Of a DNA stretch of 64,000 nt, positions 41,392 through 60,549 are shown piece by piece. Origin of the DNA: the human T2T-CHM13v2.0 reference genome, Homo sapiens. The stretch lies in assembly GCF_009914755.1 (NCBI RefSeq), contig NC_060945.1; one strand, 5' to 3'. How positions within the stretch are numbered: the stretch's first letter is position 1; each line of letters starts with the position of its first letter. Under the pieces are notes generated by a model. That model was not told the DNA's origin. It saw only the letters and a list, made by a program, of their open reading frames with translations, and did not search any database. A program made the position numbers and the translations under genes.

Positions 41392-43320
41392 TTTAACTTT
41401 TATTTTAGGTTTGGGGTACATGTGAAGGTTTAGTTACATAGGTAAACTTGTGTTATGGGGGTTTGTTGTATAGATTATTTCACTGCTCAGGTATTAAGCC
41501 CAGTACCCAATAGTTGTCTTTTCTGCTCCTCTCCCTCCTCTGACTCTCCCCACTCAAGTCTTCCACAATGACTGAACTAATTTACACTTCCACCAACAGT
41601 GTATAAGCATTCCTTTTTCTCCACAACCTCTCCAGCATGTGTTATTTTTATACTTTTTAATAATAAAATTATTAAAGTCATTCTGACTGGTGTGAGATGA
41701 TATCTCATTGTGGTTTTGATTTGCATTTCTCTAATGATCAGTGATATCGAGATTTTTTTATATGCTTGTTGGCCACATATATGTCTTCTTTTGAGAAGTG
41801 TCTGTTCACGTCCTTTGCCCACTTTTTAATGGGGTGGTTTGTTTTTTTCTTGTAAATTTGCTTAAGTTCCTGATTATTAGACCTTTACCAGATGCATAGT
41901 TTTCAAATATTTTCTCCCATTCTGTAGGTTGTTTACTCTGTTGATCATTTCTTTTGCTATGCAGAAGCTCTGAAGTTTAATTAGCTTCCACTTGTCAAAT
42001 TTTGCTTGTGTTGCGATTGCTTTTGGTATCTTTTTCATGAAATCTTTGCCATTCCTGTGTCCAGGATGGTATTGCCTAGGTTGTCTTCCAGGGTTTTTAC
42101 GGTTTTGGGTTTTACGTCTTTAATCTTTCTTGAGTTGATTTTTGTACATGTTGTAAGAAAGGGGTCCAGCTTCAATCTTCTGCATATGGTCAGCCAGTTA
42201 TCCTAGCACCATTTCTTGAATAGGGAGTCTTTTCCCCACTGCTTGTTTTTGTCAGCTTTATCAATGCTAAGATGATTGTAGATGTGTGACCTTATTTCTG
42301 GGCTCTCTACTGTGTTCCATTGGACGATGAGCCTGTTTTTGTACCATTACCATGGTATTTTGGTTGCTGTAACCCTGTAGTAGAGTTTGAAGTTGGGTAA
42401 CGCGATGCTTCCAGCTTTGTTCTTTTTGCTTAAGATTGCTTTGGCTTTCAGGCCCTTTTTTTGGTTCCATATGAATTTCAAAAATTTTTTTCTAGTTCTG
42501 TGAAGAATGTCATTTGTAGTTTGATAGCTATAGCACTGAATCTGTGAATTGATTTTGGCAGTACCATTTTAATGATATTGATTCTTCCTATACATGAGCT
42601 TGGGATTTTTTTTTTTCACTTGTTTGTGTCTTCCCTGATTTCTTTCAGTAGTGTTCTGTAATTCTTGTTGTAGAGATCTTTCACCTCCCTGGTTAGCTGG
42701 TATTTTTAGAAATGTTATTCTTTTTGTGGCTGTGAATGGGATTGCCTTTCTAATTTGGCTCTTAGTTTGGCTGTTGTTGGTATATAGGAATTAGTGATTT
42801 TTGTACATTGATTTTGTATCCTGAAACTTTGCTGAAGTTGTTTATCAGCTGAAGAATCTTTTGGGCTGAGACTATGAAGTTCTCTACATATAGAATCATG
42901 TCATCTGGTTTGACTTCCTCTCCTCCTATTTGGATGCCCTTTATTTCCTTCTCTTTCCTGATTGCTCTAGCTAGGACTTTCAATAGTATGTTGAACAGGG
43001 GCAGTGAGAGAGGGCATCCTCGTCTTGTGCCGGTTTTTAAGGTGAATGCTTCCAGCTTTTGCCCATTCCATATGATATTGGCTGTGGGTTTGTCATATAT
43101 AGCTCTTATTATTTTAAGGTATGTTCCTTCAATACCTAGTTTATTGAGAGTTTTGAAATGGAATGAGTGTTGAATTTTATCAAAAGCCTTTCCTGCATCT
43201 ATTGAGATAATCCTGTGGCTTTTGTCTTTAGTTATGTTTATGTGATAAATCACATTTATTGATTTGTGTACGTTGAATCAACCTTGCATCCTGGGGATAA
43301 AGCCTACTTGATCATGGTGG
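41392..43320 (-). mobile_element. 5'-truncated older L1PA (~1.9 kb) with decayed ORF2 RT remnant and an internal deletion
   Basis: ORF 42762-43253 gives [14 protein letters not shown]...[15 protein letters not shown]...DDMILY (L1 RT). TSD-like tcaaa(cg)tcctgcttttt flanks both sides. The sequence jumps from 3'UTR to the ORF2 end at ~41560. Confidence 0.92.
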
Positions 43321-44899
43321 TCAAATCCTGCTTTTTAAAAATGCAGCTATATTATACGACTGCCTCCTATATTAAGAAAACTTATTTAAACCCATAATTT
43401 AAAATTACCACATAATATTGAATTAGGCTGATGCACCACCATTCACAGAAGCAGTCACTTCATTAAGCTATTTAGAGAGAAACAATTTTTTATTATTTTA
43501 AAGTTCTGTCTTGACTCTTTCTACATAAATATTTGTCTATAACTTTTATTTCTTTGGTATAGATAATTAAGGGTGAAATTAATGAGTCAAAAGACATTAA
43601 CTGTCTTTGGCTTTTGATATATTTTGTCAAATTGCTTTAAAAAATTTTCCTGCCAAATGATATATCAGAATGTAAATATTTGTGCATCTCTGCCAATATT
43701 CCATATTATCATTTATTTTGTTTCTCTATATGTTTATTAATAAAACCAATACCCAACAAGTGAAGTTAAATGAATTTTTTTGAGTAGCATTCTACTTCAT
43801 AAATGTTTGTAAATTAATACAAATGCCAACAGGTAGAAATCTTACATATGTTTACTTTTGTTATATATACACCAAATAGCATTTTTGAATATGTTTGGTG
43901 CAGTTCAGACATAAATATTCTATACTTCCATAAAAGATACTAAATAGCTGTGGACAAAAAGAAAACGGGAATCAAGGCTATCTAAGGAGTTAATGGCTTA
44001 ACTTTTTCTAACAAACAGCTGTAAACTGTTTTCAACGTTTTGCCAGGTTAGATTTGATCTTTGGTTTTAACTGTGTTATGGGAGCCTTAGCAATATAAAA
44101 CTGCCTTTCAACATGACATCCTGTCTCTCTCACATCCACTGTGGCCTGGGGTCCTGGAAGCAGGCTTTGGGAAGATGTGAGCACCTTGTGTACACCTGAG
44201 GGAGAGTCATTGTCTGTGTGTGGCCAGCTACCTCTTTCTCCATGAACCAACCTCGAGTGGCTATTTCCAAACGTAGCCAAGTCAAGCATTAGAAGAGTTT
44301 CATTTAAAGTGAATATACATGTCTGACTTAATAAATAAAATGTAGAAGGAAAATACAGAATGGACTGTACAACAAAATATTCACTGAATTCACTATTTTG
44401 TCTCCTCTGAAAACATTCTGTATTTGTAAGAATAACCTTAGCCTGGGTTTTGAGGTTAAGACATTTGGTATTCAAGAGATAAATTAGCTTATCCCACTTT
44501 TTAATTAAAATGGTTTTCCTCCATGGTACATAAATAGACTATAAAGAAATTTGATGTTATGCAAACTCTGCTATGATAAACTCTAACACTGTATAATCTT
44601 TAATAAAAAGTCTCCACAATTTTGGTGCCACACAGTGATGAGGATGTATTAGAATAGCTATATGAGACTCCCCATGAGAGTTCACAGCTTAACTGTGACT
44701 GAAGAAACAGATGCAGGACACAATTTCTTTCCTTGTATTCCAAGGTGGATAGAGGTATTGTGCATGTGTGAAAAGCGGTAGGAAATGCAGCAGGCTCACC
44801 CTAGCACCCAACCAAAAGGTGGTCATTTATCCTTCTGCGCTCATCACTGTGCTCACTGGGCCACGAGGCTGCACAAGCTTACTTTTACAACGTGTTGTC

Positions 44900-45090
44900 T
44901 GAGGTCACTCCATCAATGGAGGTTTTAATCTCATTAATCTCTGAACCATCCTAGGAGGTAGCTTTGTATTATCTCCATTTCACAGATGCAGAAACTGAGG
45001 CTCAGAGGTGCTCAGAAACCTGCTACAATTCACATGGCTAGTGAGAAGCAAAGTAAGGATTTAAATTCATTTTTGCCTGACTATAGTACC
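44900..45090. mobile_element. MIR
   Basis: attatctccatttcacagatgcagaaactgaggctcagagg core. Confidence 0.8.
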
Positions 45091-45321
45091 TCTGTTTATT
45101 ATTATGCAAGAGTTGTGGAGTGTCAAACAGGATGAAAAAGAGTTGAGAGCCTCAAAGAGTTGAGTAGAGTGAAACCATGAATAATAGACGGATCTCTCCC
45201 AGAACTACACTACCTGTCCCACCCATGCCACCACCACACTACCCAGCCTGCAGAGGGCATTACAATCAGACACCTGATTGGATTACTCAGATCCAAGATC
45301 TAGATAACCTGAAAAATTATT

Positions 45322-45500
45322 TCATATGTATATTTATATGTATAATAATGTGTACGTGTATAATACATATATGTATAATATATAAATTTATAATATACAT
45401 ACGTAATAGGATTATTATATAAATAACATAAAATATATATGATATGCATAATATAAAATAATACATATTATATATAATATACATATAAATAGTAATCATA
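45322..45500 (+). repeat. (TA)-rich low-complexity tract
   Basis: Directly visible. Confidence 0.85.
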
Positions 45501-45514
45501 AGATTGTTTTGTAT

Positions 45515-46845
45515 CAACTGATCTCAGGTACAGTCCAACAACACCTGGGATCCCTGATACTTTTTCAAAGGATCTGTGAGATCAGAGCTATTTTCAGAAT
45601 AACACTAAAAAATTATTTGCCTTTTTAGCCAACAGTACAAAAGCAACAGTGGGCAAATCTGCTGGGGCCTTAATAGGATTCAAGGCAGTGGCACCAAACT
45701 CTTCTCACGGCCGTTGTGGTCTTCACAATTGTCCGTCAACACTCGCAACAAAAACAAACGTGGCAGCTTCACTTCAGCATGTCCTTGACTAAGCAGTGGA
45801 AATCATTTCATTTCATTCCATCTCAACCATTGAGGGTGTGCGTTTTTAACATTCTGTGTGACAGAATGGCAGAAACATACAAAGCACCTGTGTGTTGGGT
45901 GCTCAAGAAAAGCTCCAGTGTGGGACTGAATATGAGCTGATCAGCTGTGATTTTCATGGAACACATTTCTACTTGAAAGAAAAACTGATAAACTATTTTT
46001 GTCTGGGTATTTGACAAACATTTTCTCAAAAGGAATGAAGTGAGCCTGTCACTTCAAGGGAAACAACTGAGAGTGTTTGTTGCCAGTGGTAAAATTTGAG
46101 CTTTTAAGTCTTAATTCGATTTTAGAAAACTTGGATTCTTCACCACATGCTTAACACACCTTCCCAATATTTAAAGATATTTTGGATGACATTAGTAGTG
46201 ATATTATAAATGTGATTTTCAAAAGTATTGTATAATGGAGTGCATCAACATTTGGAACGTCTACATTACTAAGTGAATAAATACTTTCCAAAAACCAATG
46301 CATGGTGTTATAAAATCATGCATGTGTAAAAGATCCAGAAACACTGATATATTTTAATGCAATAGGGTAGGAAAAGGCTGTTGATATGGTTTTTGGTTCT
46401 GCATGGGAATTAATCTTTAAAAACCACCGCTTGCCAAATTTTGGTAGAGTATCAAAGAGCAATAGCCATGATGATCTGAAAATGCTATTAAGCTTCCCTG
46501 TCCAACTACACCTCTGTGCGAATTGTATTTTCTTCATATGCTTCAACGAACATAACACATCACAGTAGATTGAATGCAGAAGCAGCTACAAGCCAGACTT
46601 CAGAGATTTTCAAAAAATGTAAAATAATTCATCCTCTTCTCACCAATTTCTAAAAATAGTTTTTTTATTAAGAAGTGTATTTATGATGATATGTCATAGT
46701 TGTCATTTAAAAAAATATCTCAGTGTAATCTCTAATACAGCAAATATTGATAGATCCAACCCACAGAAACAAAAGCCCTTTGGAATCTTCAAGAATTTTT
46801 AAGATTATAAAGTGGTCCTAGGATCAAAAATCTTGAGAAGTGTCC
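45515..46845. mobile_element. Charlie1a-like hAT DNA transposon (internally deleted, decayed)
   Basis: ctattttcagaataacactaaaaaattatttgccttttt...caaggcagtggcaccaaact...gaagtgagcctgtcacttcaagggaaacaactga...aaagtggtcctaggatcaaaaatcttgagaa. Confidence 0.8.
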
Positions 46846-49800
46846 TTCTATATAATTGAGACAATTTTAAAGTTTGAAATCTATACTGATCTGTATTAAA
46901 GATCTAAAGTCTAATGGAAGTTTCTTAGAATGAGGGCCAAATCTGCAAATATAATAAACTTTAATCCCTGGAAATGTTCTTTGCTCAATATTCTTTTACC
47001 CATGACCACGCTCCCCTCCAGCATCCCTACCAACCTTTGTTCCCTTCTCAGGTGTGTCTGGTGTGGTCTCTCTTTCCCCTCCTGACACCAGGAGACCTGC
47101 CCAGCAGCCTGCCCTCAGTCCCTGCTCCCGATGTGGGAGCCAAGAGGAAGGTGCAGGATTGGAGTTGCCTCCTGAGACTCACCCTCAGAGCAGCTTTGAG
47201 GAGGTCCCCAGGCTGCAGGGCCCTGAACCCCAGGTAACACCTGAACATGGTCCTTAGTCCTGCAACCCAGAGACCAGCCCATCACTTGAGCCTGAGAGCC
47301 GCCATTCAAGTCATTTCTGAGCCACGTTGAACTTGCCATCATCACCGCTTTCATTCCAGCTGCTACTATCCTAAGGGAAATGCCATTTTCAGCTCTTAAA
47401 CACATTCTTTTCTTGCAGCATGACATATGGGCTTCCTAAACACAGGTAAAAAAAGCTCCAATAGGAAGACAGCTTTTCTCAGAACCAGAAGAGTATTTTT
47501 AAACATCTTTAACGAAAATCTAAGTTACCTTTTTTTCTACAGTCATATCATATATACACATTATAATTAGAAACACACATGCTCAGACATATCCATGTAT
47601 CTATCTAAATAGATTTTTTTGTCTTTTAAGTCATCAATAGCGGTTGTTAACATGATCTAATAAAATGCCTAGGCTATATTTCAATGTGAAATTGTTAAAA
47701 GTTACAACATTAATAAAAAGTTGCTCTCATTCACTTATGAAGGTTAGAATGGTTTCTGAGTATGAGAATGACAACACTTACGTGAACACATTTAATGGCC
47801 TCTCTAAAACAGAGAGGGTGCTCAAAAATGCCCTCTCATATTTCCCACCTGCCCAGATAGGCCCATGTGATGGTTGCCTCCATCAGGAAGGATGGAGAGC
47901 TTCTGGAAACCCCTACCCCACCCCACATGCTGTGGGTCCCTGGGGAATGCACTGGCATTTCCTAGATTTCAGAGAAGTGAAGAATGAATGAAATCAGGAT
48001 GAAGCAAAATGAATTTCTCAAAATAACCCACAGTGTCATAACAATGTATGTACTAGGGAATTGAGAAAACCTTTGGCTAGGTATAAAAATGGGGATTTTT
48101 TAACTGAAAAAGAATTTTTGAACTCTTTAAATATCCTATGATTCAGTCTATTTTTCTCCCCCAAGAAATCAAAGCAGTATAATCTTTCATTAACTGGTTG
48201 ATCATCACTCATGCATCATTGAACACCAACACTATTTCAGACAAGATCTGGTTAAATTGCAAATGAGAATAAATCTGGTGATAAATGGATATCATATTTA
48301 ATATTTAAATGTCTCTGGTATTTACACATCTCTGGTAGTTTTGTTCTTAGTCAACTGTTTAAGTGAATGTTGAGAAGAAATGAAAGAAAGATGTTTGCTC
48401 CTCTTTGAAAACAATTACGGTTTCCTTGCAGGAATATGCTTATCTTTCACATTTCATCAGAAACATAAGAAGTCTGGCTAGAGGCAATGACACTGATGGG
48501 AAGAGCTCTATGATGGGGAAAGACTGCTTGGGAAATGCAGCCTTCTACTATATACACTAAAATTATCAATAACGTTGCAAAAAGAGAATTCAATTCCATA
48601 AACTAATACTGATGCACAAATGAGCAAAAATCAACAATTGGCAATAAATGACATCTTAAATCTGCATTTGAAGATTTTACAATAGTCAAAAATAAACATA
48701 AAAATTTGCTTTCATATTTTCTAAAATGAGTATCAGAGACATTGCATCCTCTCAAATGACAGCTATTGGGACAACCATCTCTAAGGCTACATCTTACGTT
48801 TCATATTTATATGCCAGTGAATTTTCAAGTTAAAAAGGACACTTCAAAAAAGATAACAAGTCCATGTTTTGTCCTAAATTGAATTATCGGTCACCTGAAC
48901 ATTCAATCCCACATGTAGTTGGCTCTATGGACTCTTGATAAAAATGTAAGTTGGTTTGAATTAGAAACTACCTTTTCAAGGAGGTACTGTGCATGCTACA
49001 AGGTGAAGCACATGACACTCACACGAGGTACACACACCATACACTCAGGTTGTGTACTGGTAAACACTGAAACATCCCTGTTCACAGGAGTTTGGCCAGG
49101 CCAAATGCATGAAAGACACTGCCCATTCTCAGACTCAGATCCTCCTGCCAACAAGGTGAGCCTGTGAATGATAGATGAGTGTACACATATGCGTACTTGT
49201 ATTTCCCTTCTCTTTACTGCCTGCCTTCATTTCTGTTTACAAGACCTGCCCCAACCACTTGACCTTGACCATCATTTCACGGCTGCACCTTGCCCTTTGG
49301 ACCAAGCCCATGACATCTGCCTTGTGTTTAGAAGCTCATTGCCATCCCAGCCTCTTCCCCCAGCGATCTCAGGCACAGCCTCTCAAAACCCCTTACCCAC
49401 ATTCATTCCCACTCAAATACTCTACAATTTGTAATTTTCCCACCTTCAACCTTTAAGCCTTCTCTATCTTCAAAACGGCTAAAATCCTGCCAGATATGAA
49501 AGAAGCCATGACATCTTCTCCTCCACCCTTCTTTGTGTGTGGACTCAACAGTGCCCTCCTGGATCCCTCATCCAGGAGGTTGAGGGATTAAGAGGCCCCG
49601 CCATCCATCCTGAGATAGTGCAGACCTTGTTGATAAAAGTCTCTATATTCCCGGAGGCCAGTTGCTTCCCTATCCCTACCTATTACCGCTGGGGTCCACA
49701 CGATCTTTGTTGGGACCATGGAGAGAACACAAAGGTAACAATACTTTTCCCCAGGCCTCAGAGCCTCGATTTGTGTGAACTAAGGGGAGAAGAAAGTAGA

Positions 49801-50019
49801 GGGCAGAGAAAGTCCCCCTGTCCTCCAACACCTTCTTGGAATCAGACACAAGTGTGTTGGTGATGCTCCACCATTGACCAAGATCCCAGAACCATCACTA
49901 CATTGATATATTTTCACACTGAAAGGCAATGATTCCAACATGAAAATATCTATTCCCTTATGGGTTTGATAAAGACTTTCTACATATAAATAGCACTTAT
50001 TTACGAACTGCTTTACATG

Positions 50020-50190
50020 CATTAACTCTTGCACGTCCACTTATCTATCCAATGAGATGTGTTCTCTTATGATCCCTGTTGTACAATTGGAGAAACTAAG
50101 GCTGGAAGAGATGGAGTTAGTACATCGCAGAGCTGGGATACAAAGCCAGACAGTCTGGCCCTCAGAACCTGTGCTCTTGACTTTCTCCCC
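50020..50190. mobile_element. MIR
   Basis: gagaaactaaggct...gagctgggatacaaagccagacagtctggccctcagaacctgtgctctt. Confidence 0.7.
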
Positions 50191-50728
50191 AAATGGTAGT
50201 GAACTCTGCAATAAGGAACATAGATAAGATGCACAGAAAGTTTGGTGACAAAGTGCGGACACAAATGTGGAACACATAGTTTTATTTATTACTTGGTAGA
50301 CAATTCTTTGTAATTCAGTGGGTTCTCGGATTTTCTTGGATTGAAACAGAAATTTCTCCCTTGAACACTGAGTTGATAATAGCTCAGTTCACTTCCTTGC
50401 ATTTCTTTAGGGGTGCTATTTTAATGTTGGGAGAGATATCAAGCAGCAGAAGAGATTCTATATTAAAATGATATTTTCTATTTGGCTACGAAATGAAAGA
50501 AATATAGATACGGACAAGAGCTAAGTGAGGAGGCCTGGTGGCAACAAAATGTCCCAAACCCATGCAGCCCTCCACAAAGACCTCATTGTGTCAGGCTGTA
50601 ACAAATGAACCCAAAGTCATTCTCTAATGTTTAGACACCTCTTTCAAGAACAGCAATATAGATCTTTAACCAATCCAAAAGTTAATTTGCCATTTATGTT
50701 GTTTATACTTCAGCAATTATTTAACATT

Positions 50729-51115
50729 TTTTAAAATTTTTATTTTAAGTTCAGGGGTACAAGTGCACATTTATTATGCAGGTAAACTTGTGTCACGGGG
50801 GTTTGTTGTACAAATTATTTCATTATCCAGGTATTAAGCCTAGTACCCGTTAGTTACTTTTCCTGATTCTCTCCCTCCTCCCACCATCCACCCTCCAAAA
50901 GACTCCAGTGTGTCTTGTTACTCTCTCTGTGTCCATGTGTTCTCCTCATTTAGTTCCCACTTGTAAGTGAGAACATGTAGTATTTGTTTTCTGTCCCTCC
51001 GTTAGTTTGCTAAGGATAATGGTCTCCAGCTCCATCCATGTCCCTGCAAAGGACATGATCTCATTCTGCTTTATAGCTGCATAGTATTTCATGATATATG
51101 TACCACATTTTCTTT
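50729..51115 (-). mobile_element. L1PA 3'UTR fragment
   Basis: ttttattttaagttcaggggtacaagtgc...cccacttgtaagtgagaacatg...gtaccacattttcttta. Confidence 0.88.
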
Positions 51116-51664
51116 AGTAGTTTCTTAGGCTCTAGGAGGAAAAAAAAATCATTTAAGGATCAAAGACTGATGCTGGGATAAAATGTGTCATGGTTGACTC
51201 CGGCCCATTCTGAAGCCACATTCCTGAGAATTCAGCACTAAAGCATTTGGAAGGCTTCGAGCTTTTCCAGAAGACAGGTGCATCCTGTGAGAATCACAGC
51301 ACAATGACTCAGCCTCCCAGCTGCCACTTTCCTGAAGATAGAACAGGGCAGGCATCTTATGGCATGTTAACCAACTCTTTGGAAAAGGGTCATTTTTGTG
51401 GCCTGTCACAAGACTGAGGCTGATAGGAAATGCTACTTTACCAATAGTAGACAACATTTGGGGTAAATTGTTTTCTAAAGGCCTAGCAGCTGTCTCAAGT
51501 TCTTCCCATGATATTTCTCAGAATTTGAAATGTGATGACTCTGTCTTAAGATCATACAGGTATTTTGAGGTCTGTAGCTACAGAGTACCACCCCTTTCCC
51601 CCACTGCTACCCTTACTGGTACACCTGGGAGGATACCTGCTCTTCTATTTGGTTTTTCAAAGTA

Positions 51665-55963
<4,299 letters not shown>

Positions 55964-56149
55964 TGATTAATATTTATCTTACATTCTAGGAATCATCTAA
56001 ATGTTCCCATATATCTACTTGAAAAATATCATTGTTTACCCCACAATGAATATAGTAATTTTTTTTGGATTTTATAAACAGTGCATGTTTACAGAATGGA
56101 ATTCCACTACTTCTGCATTGGCAGACCTAGAACTGTAACTACAGGCAGA

Positions 56150-56157
56150 TGACGTCA
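56150..56157. promoter_or_regulatory. Perfect palindromic CRE (TGACGTCA) overlapping a CAGATG E-box; motif only
   Basis: Sequence gcagatgacgtcac in otherwise CpG-poor, non-repeat DNA; function unproven. Confidence 0.3.
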
Positions 56158-57019
56158 CTCATTATGCACTAAGATTGAATTCTATTTCTAGTTGCAGCCC
56201 TGAAGACAGGAGAAACAAGAGAAAAATTCAAATATGAAGAAGCCAAAAATGGACTTGTTGAGTTAAATCAAGAGGCTTAGCCACCTGTTATGGGGTGGCT
56301 GGCTTTTGTGAGTTGCCATAAGAGACAGATAATAAATGTATGAATCTACGGAGCATGGGGTATGATAGACCCATGGGAAAAGCTTTGATACAGCCCTTTG
56401 ATACACCTTAGAACAGACAGGGATTGAATTTTACAAACAAGATGCTAGTCAGTGTCTCTACAAGGGACTTCTCTGGTTATTAAGAAACCTCAGTCCACTA
56501 GGAAAATATCCCTAAAGGTGCCCGGAAAGCTACTGCCCAAGCTGTTTGACATTTCATGTTTTCTCAGTAGATAAGTGTCTTCTACCTCCAGAAAGAGTTA
56601 GAATTCCATACAGAGATGTTTTAGAGAAGAAGCCCCAAGCATTACTATTTTTATGGTAAGAAATCTGTGCAGTTTAGCTGTAATTTTTATGAGATATAGC
56701 ATATTAGTATTTATCATATTTGTAATTCTAATTTAAATATATAATTAAGTAATCAATTTAGACAGGTGATACTAAGCAGGACTTTTACTGAGATTAAACC
56801 TAGTAGGGTGATATTTAAGGAGTCATAATAATACTAAGTTATTCATGTTGTTTATTTATTTATAAGTTATTAAGATGCCCAGAACAGTTCTGTTAGATAA
56901 TTGGAGTATTTAAAAAGGAAATTAAATATGTATAATTTATAAATGTAGTTTAATATATAAAGAAGAAAATGAACTATGTTTATAAATGGGTCTAAACATT
57001 AATCAAAAATCTCTTCACG

Positions 57020-57168
57020 TGAGATAACGGAGAGGATCAGAAAAAACACCTATTGGGTATTATGCTTATTATCTGGGTGATGAAGTAATCTGTACACCAA
57101 ACCCCCGTGACGACAGTTTACCTGTATAACAAACCTGCACATGTACTCCCGAACCTAAAAGTTTTTTT
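57020..57168 (+). mobile_element. Short L1PA 3'-end fragment
   Basis: ctattgggtattatgcttattatctgggtgatgaagtaatctgtacaccaaaccccc...aacaaacctgcacatgtac. Confidence 0.8.
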
Positions 57169-58279
57169 TAAAATCCCTTAAGAGTACTTGTTTAAATTTA
57201 CGAGATACATACATAGAATAACAAAATTTATAAGTTGAACTGAAAAAGAGGGTTTTTACATTTATAACTTTAATAAATGACCATATTAAAGTCCAAGTAA
57301 TATTTTAAATATATTTTTTTCTTCACTCAAAAGCATCTGCAGGCTCCAAAAAACTCACCTAAACAAATATACTTAAATCTGATGAAGAAAATAAAGGTCA
57401 CTAAAAATTCAACCAACCAGTCTGAGGCAATTTTGGTCAAATTTCTACTGACCATGCTTCAATATGTTCTTATGTATGATACACACACACACAACACGTA
57501 ATATTGCACAAGTGGAAACACATTACGTATGCTGTTGATATAATTAGAGACTTTTTGCCCCTATGTCCACCTTTCTGTCCTTCTCCTCCACATGGACACA
57601 CTCCCTCATGCTCATCCCTGCCCTCTAGTCTTTATTAATAACCTGGTGTATGCCCTTTCATATTTTTCTCTGCAATCATACACACGCATGTACACACATA
57701 CGCAATTTTTTGGTTATAGTTCATTTGACAGAACGGTATCTACTACACACAACTCGGCATTTACTTTCCCAAGCAGCAATAACTCATAGCAATTCCACAT
57801 GACCTGGTATCACTCCAATTCACTTCTTTTTCATGGCTCAGTAATAGTTCTTGCATGTTAAGATGGCTCCAGGCTGTATCAACATCTGACAGCCTCAGGT
57901 AAGGTCTGCACACTCCTTCCTGCCTCGCTTTGGCTGTTGAATGACTCAGTTCATTCAGCCAGTCTGTGCAAATCTCAGTTCCCAGGCTAATGATGCCTGC
58001 AGTCCTTCTTAACCAGAAGGCCCATGCTGGGAATGTACAACAGCTCTTGTCACAGAGTGAACCTGAAGAGCTGGCTAGCACGGAACATGGCTGCATTCTC
58101 AGAATATTATATCGGTCTTAAAACAGTGATTTGGTTTTCACTTTACTCTTGAGGCATGGAATTACTTTTTGGACAACATGGTGCCTGGGTCAAGGTAAAT
58201 TTGAGTAATTCTACTAAGACCATCCAAGTTGTGAAGATCTACATAGCGCAGAAGTCAACTCGTCTCTGGTACAGAACAG

Positions 58280-58460
58280 TTCTGCAACTTTGGACAAGTA
58301 GTTTAACATCTCTGAGCCACACAGTTGCTTTGCCTGTAAAATGGAAATCATGGTCATGTCCACTTCAGAGGCTGATGCAAGGATAAATGAGATTACATAA
58401 GCAAAGCAGTTCCCACTGGGCCTGGCACTTGTAAGAAAAGATCATTGTAAGCTATTACGT
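58280..58460. mobile_element. MIR
   Basis: ttggacaagtagtttaacatctctgagcc...tgtaaaatgg...ggataaatgagatta. Confidence 0.7.
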
Positions 58461-60549
58461 GCTTTTCCATACTTGGTAATGTTGAGTCAAGATGTGGCTG
58501 GTTCTTGAACTTTTGGGAAATAAGGAATATGAAAATTCTGTGACCATTCTAACTCCTGTCTATTGTAGCCTCAGCATTCTGTTTCCTGCTTCTCCTCTCT
58601 GTCTTTGCCTATTCTATGATGTTCTTGATCCAGTTCTCTCTTCTCTCACTTTTCTGCAGTCACATGGTCTCTGTCATTCCTTCCTGGTACATTTAAATGC
58701 ATCCAGTTGCCAATTCTTTGGGTGGATATGTTTCTTTTTTTCTTTTTTTGCTGATAGAACTTCATGTACCCTGAATGATTCCCCTGGGTTGTTTTTCCTA
58801 AAAATATAATGTGAGTAAAATATGTATCCCCGAAGCCCAGGGTAGAGGCAGGTCACAGGAGGCTTCTTGGTCTCCGTCTAGCTCCAGATCTTCGTAAGCA
58901 TATCAGGGCATTATGACTTAGTTGCCCTATGTCTGCAATGATAGCAGACCTTGTTAATAAAAATCACTATCACTATCAGCTCTTCCTCGTTTGTATGAAA
59001 CTAGCCTCTTCAGAAATGCAATAGTATTAGGAGTAATTTATTTGCCTGTGTAATTAAAGAATCTACTACACTACATGCAAGAAACAAAAATTAGCAGAGC
59101 AAATGTTTATATTATTCTATGAAAATAGTGATACATTACAATGGAGTTATCCACCTTCAGCCCTACTGAGGCATTGGGATATGGTCAGGGGGCCAGATGG
59201 TGACCATAAAATACAAAGATGAGACTCAAAACAGACAGTGGTTTCATATCAGTTAACCGTATGGTCCAGAGTAACCATCTGTACTAGCCTCTACAAGAAA
59301 CACATTTTGCCTTATGAAGTAGGAAAACACAAGAGAGGAAGCTGTCAGGTTTTCAAAATATGGAGGCATTTATTTTCTTTCGCTGTATGTTTAATTTGAA
59401 GAATGTTACATAAAGGCCGATAATTAAGACTAAGAGAGCTGCTACTTCGGTCTGTGTAGGGCTCTTTCTGAGCTCTTTAATCACCCTGTCCCCCTTCAGC
59501 AAGAGAGCTCAGCTGAAATAATGGAAAACAGAATTTAGTTCTCAAGGACCATTCGGAAGAAAGAAAATGGCACCACACCCATGAGGGCCAAACACTGCCT
59601 TCCATTCAAAATGTATCTTCTCCACCCCTTAGGATCACCTGATTCGACACTTCTTCAACTGTATTCATCTGCAAGCAAATTTGGCCTCACTCCCAAGGAC
59701 ATTGCAGCTAGGAAGTTAATGATGATGCATCACCAGGCTTGCATTCCTTTTCAGAAAAAAAAAAAAATCAGGTCCCTTTACACTGCACCAACAGCCATCA
59801 TCATTACTGAGAGAGCTCCGTCACATTAGATGCAATAAACGTATGTTTGTATCATCAACGGGACTAAGAAAAAAAGCTCACTGTTGCATGGATAATTTTT
59901 CTATTATTCAAAAGTAAGGTTGTTTTGCTAAAACAAAAGTTGCCAAAGCCCCAGGTGATGAAGTACAATGTGGCTGTATTATCAAGTACCATATCGAGGG
60001 TGGAAACACTGTGGGTTGGAAATAAATTTCCTCTGTACACTTGCTTCCATCTGCACACTTAAATATATAAACTTGTTTCTGCCGATGCAGCTGCATGTAT
60101 TAAAGAAGAATTCTAAACCTTGAACTTAGCTGCCCATGTTTCTTGCCTGCATTCTAGAAACTGCTTTCTGTGTATAGGTAGCAGGTTGCCTTGCTTTGTA
60201 TGATATGCCAAGCACTGAGCCCAGGGTGTGGCCCAAAGAGGAAACTTAATCAACATTTGATTAATGAATAAGTCAAAATATGCTTCTCAAAGTGCCCACT
60301 CTGAAGAGCATCGGAGCTCTGGCTCACGCTCACCGTGTTGTAAGGTCACCATAGCCCAGGGCTTCTGGCTCTTCTCTATCTGGTGGGTCTCCGTGGATGT
60401 GGGCTAGTTTATCCTTCCAAAATCTGTACAGAACTTCCAGTTCTGTAGGGTGTTACTTCCAGGGTACAAATACATGGGGTAAGGAGCTAGATCTCAGGTG
60501 CTGTAGTCAAAGGAAAGAAACACCCAGCCCTCAGACACAGAGCACATGA

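Noticed and set aside
42762-43253. Reverse-transcriptase ORF as an active or domesticated RT system
   Set aside because: It is a fragment of a 5'-truncated, frameshifted L1 ORF2 with a damaged catalytic region (the FADD motif is lost).
45515-46845. Functional hAT transposase
   Set aside because: Only short broken ORFs are present; it is a decayed Charlie1-type fossil.
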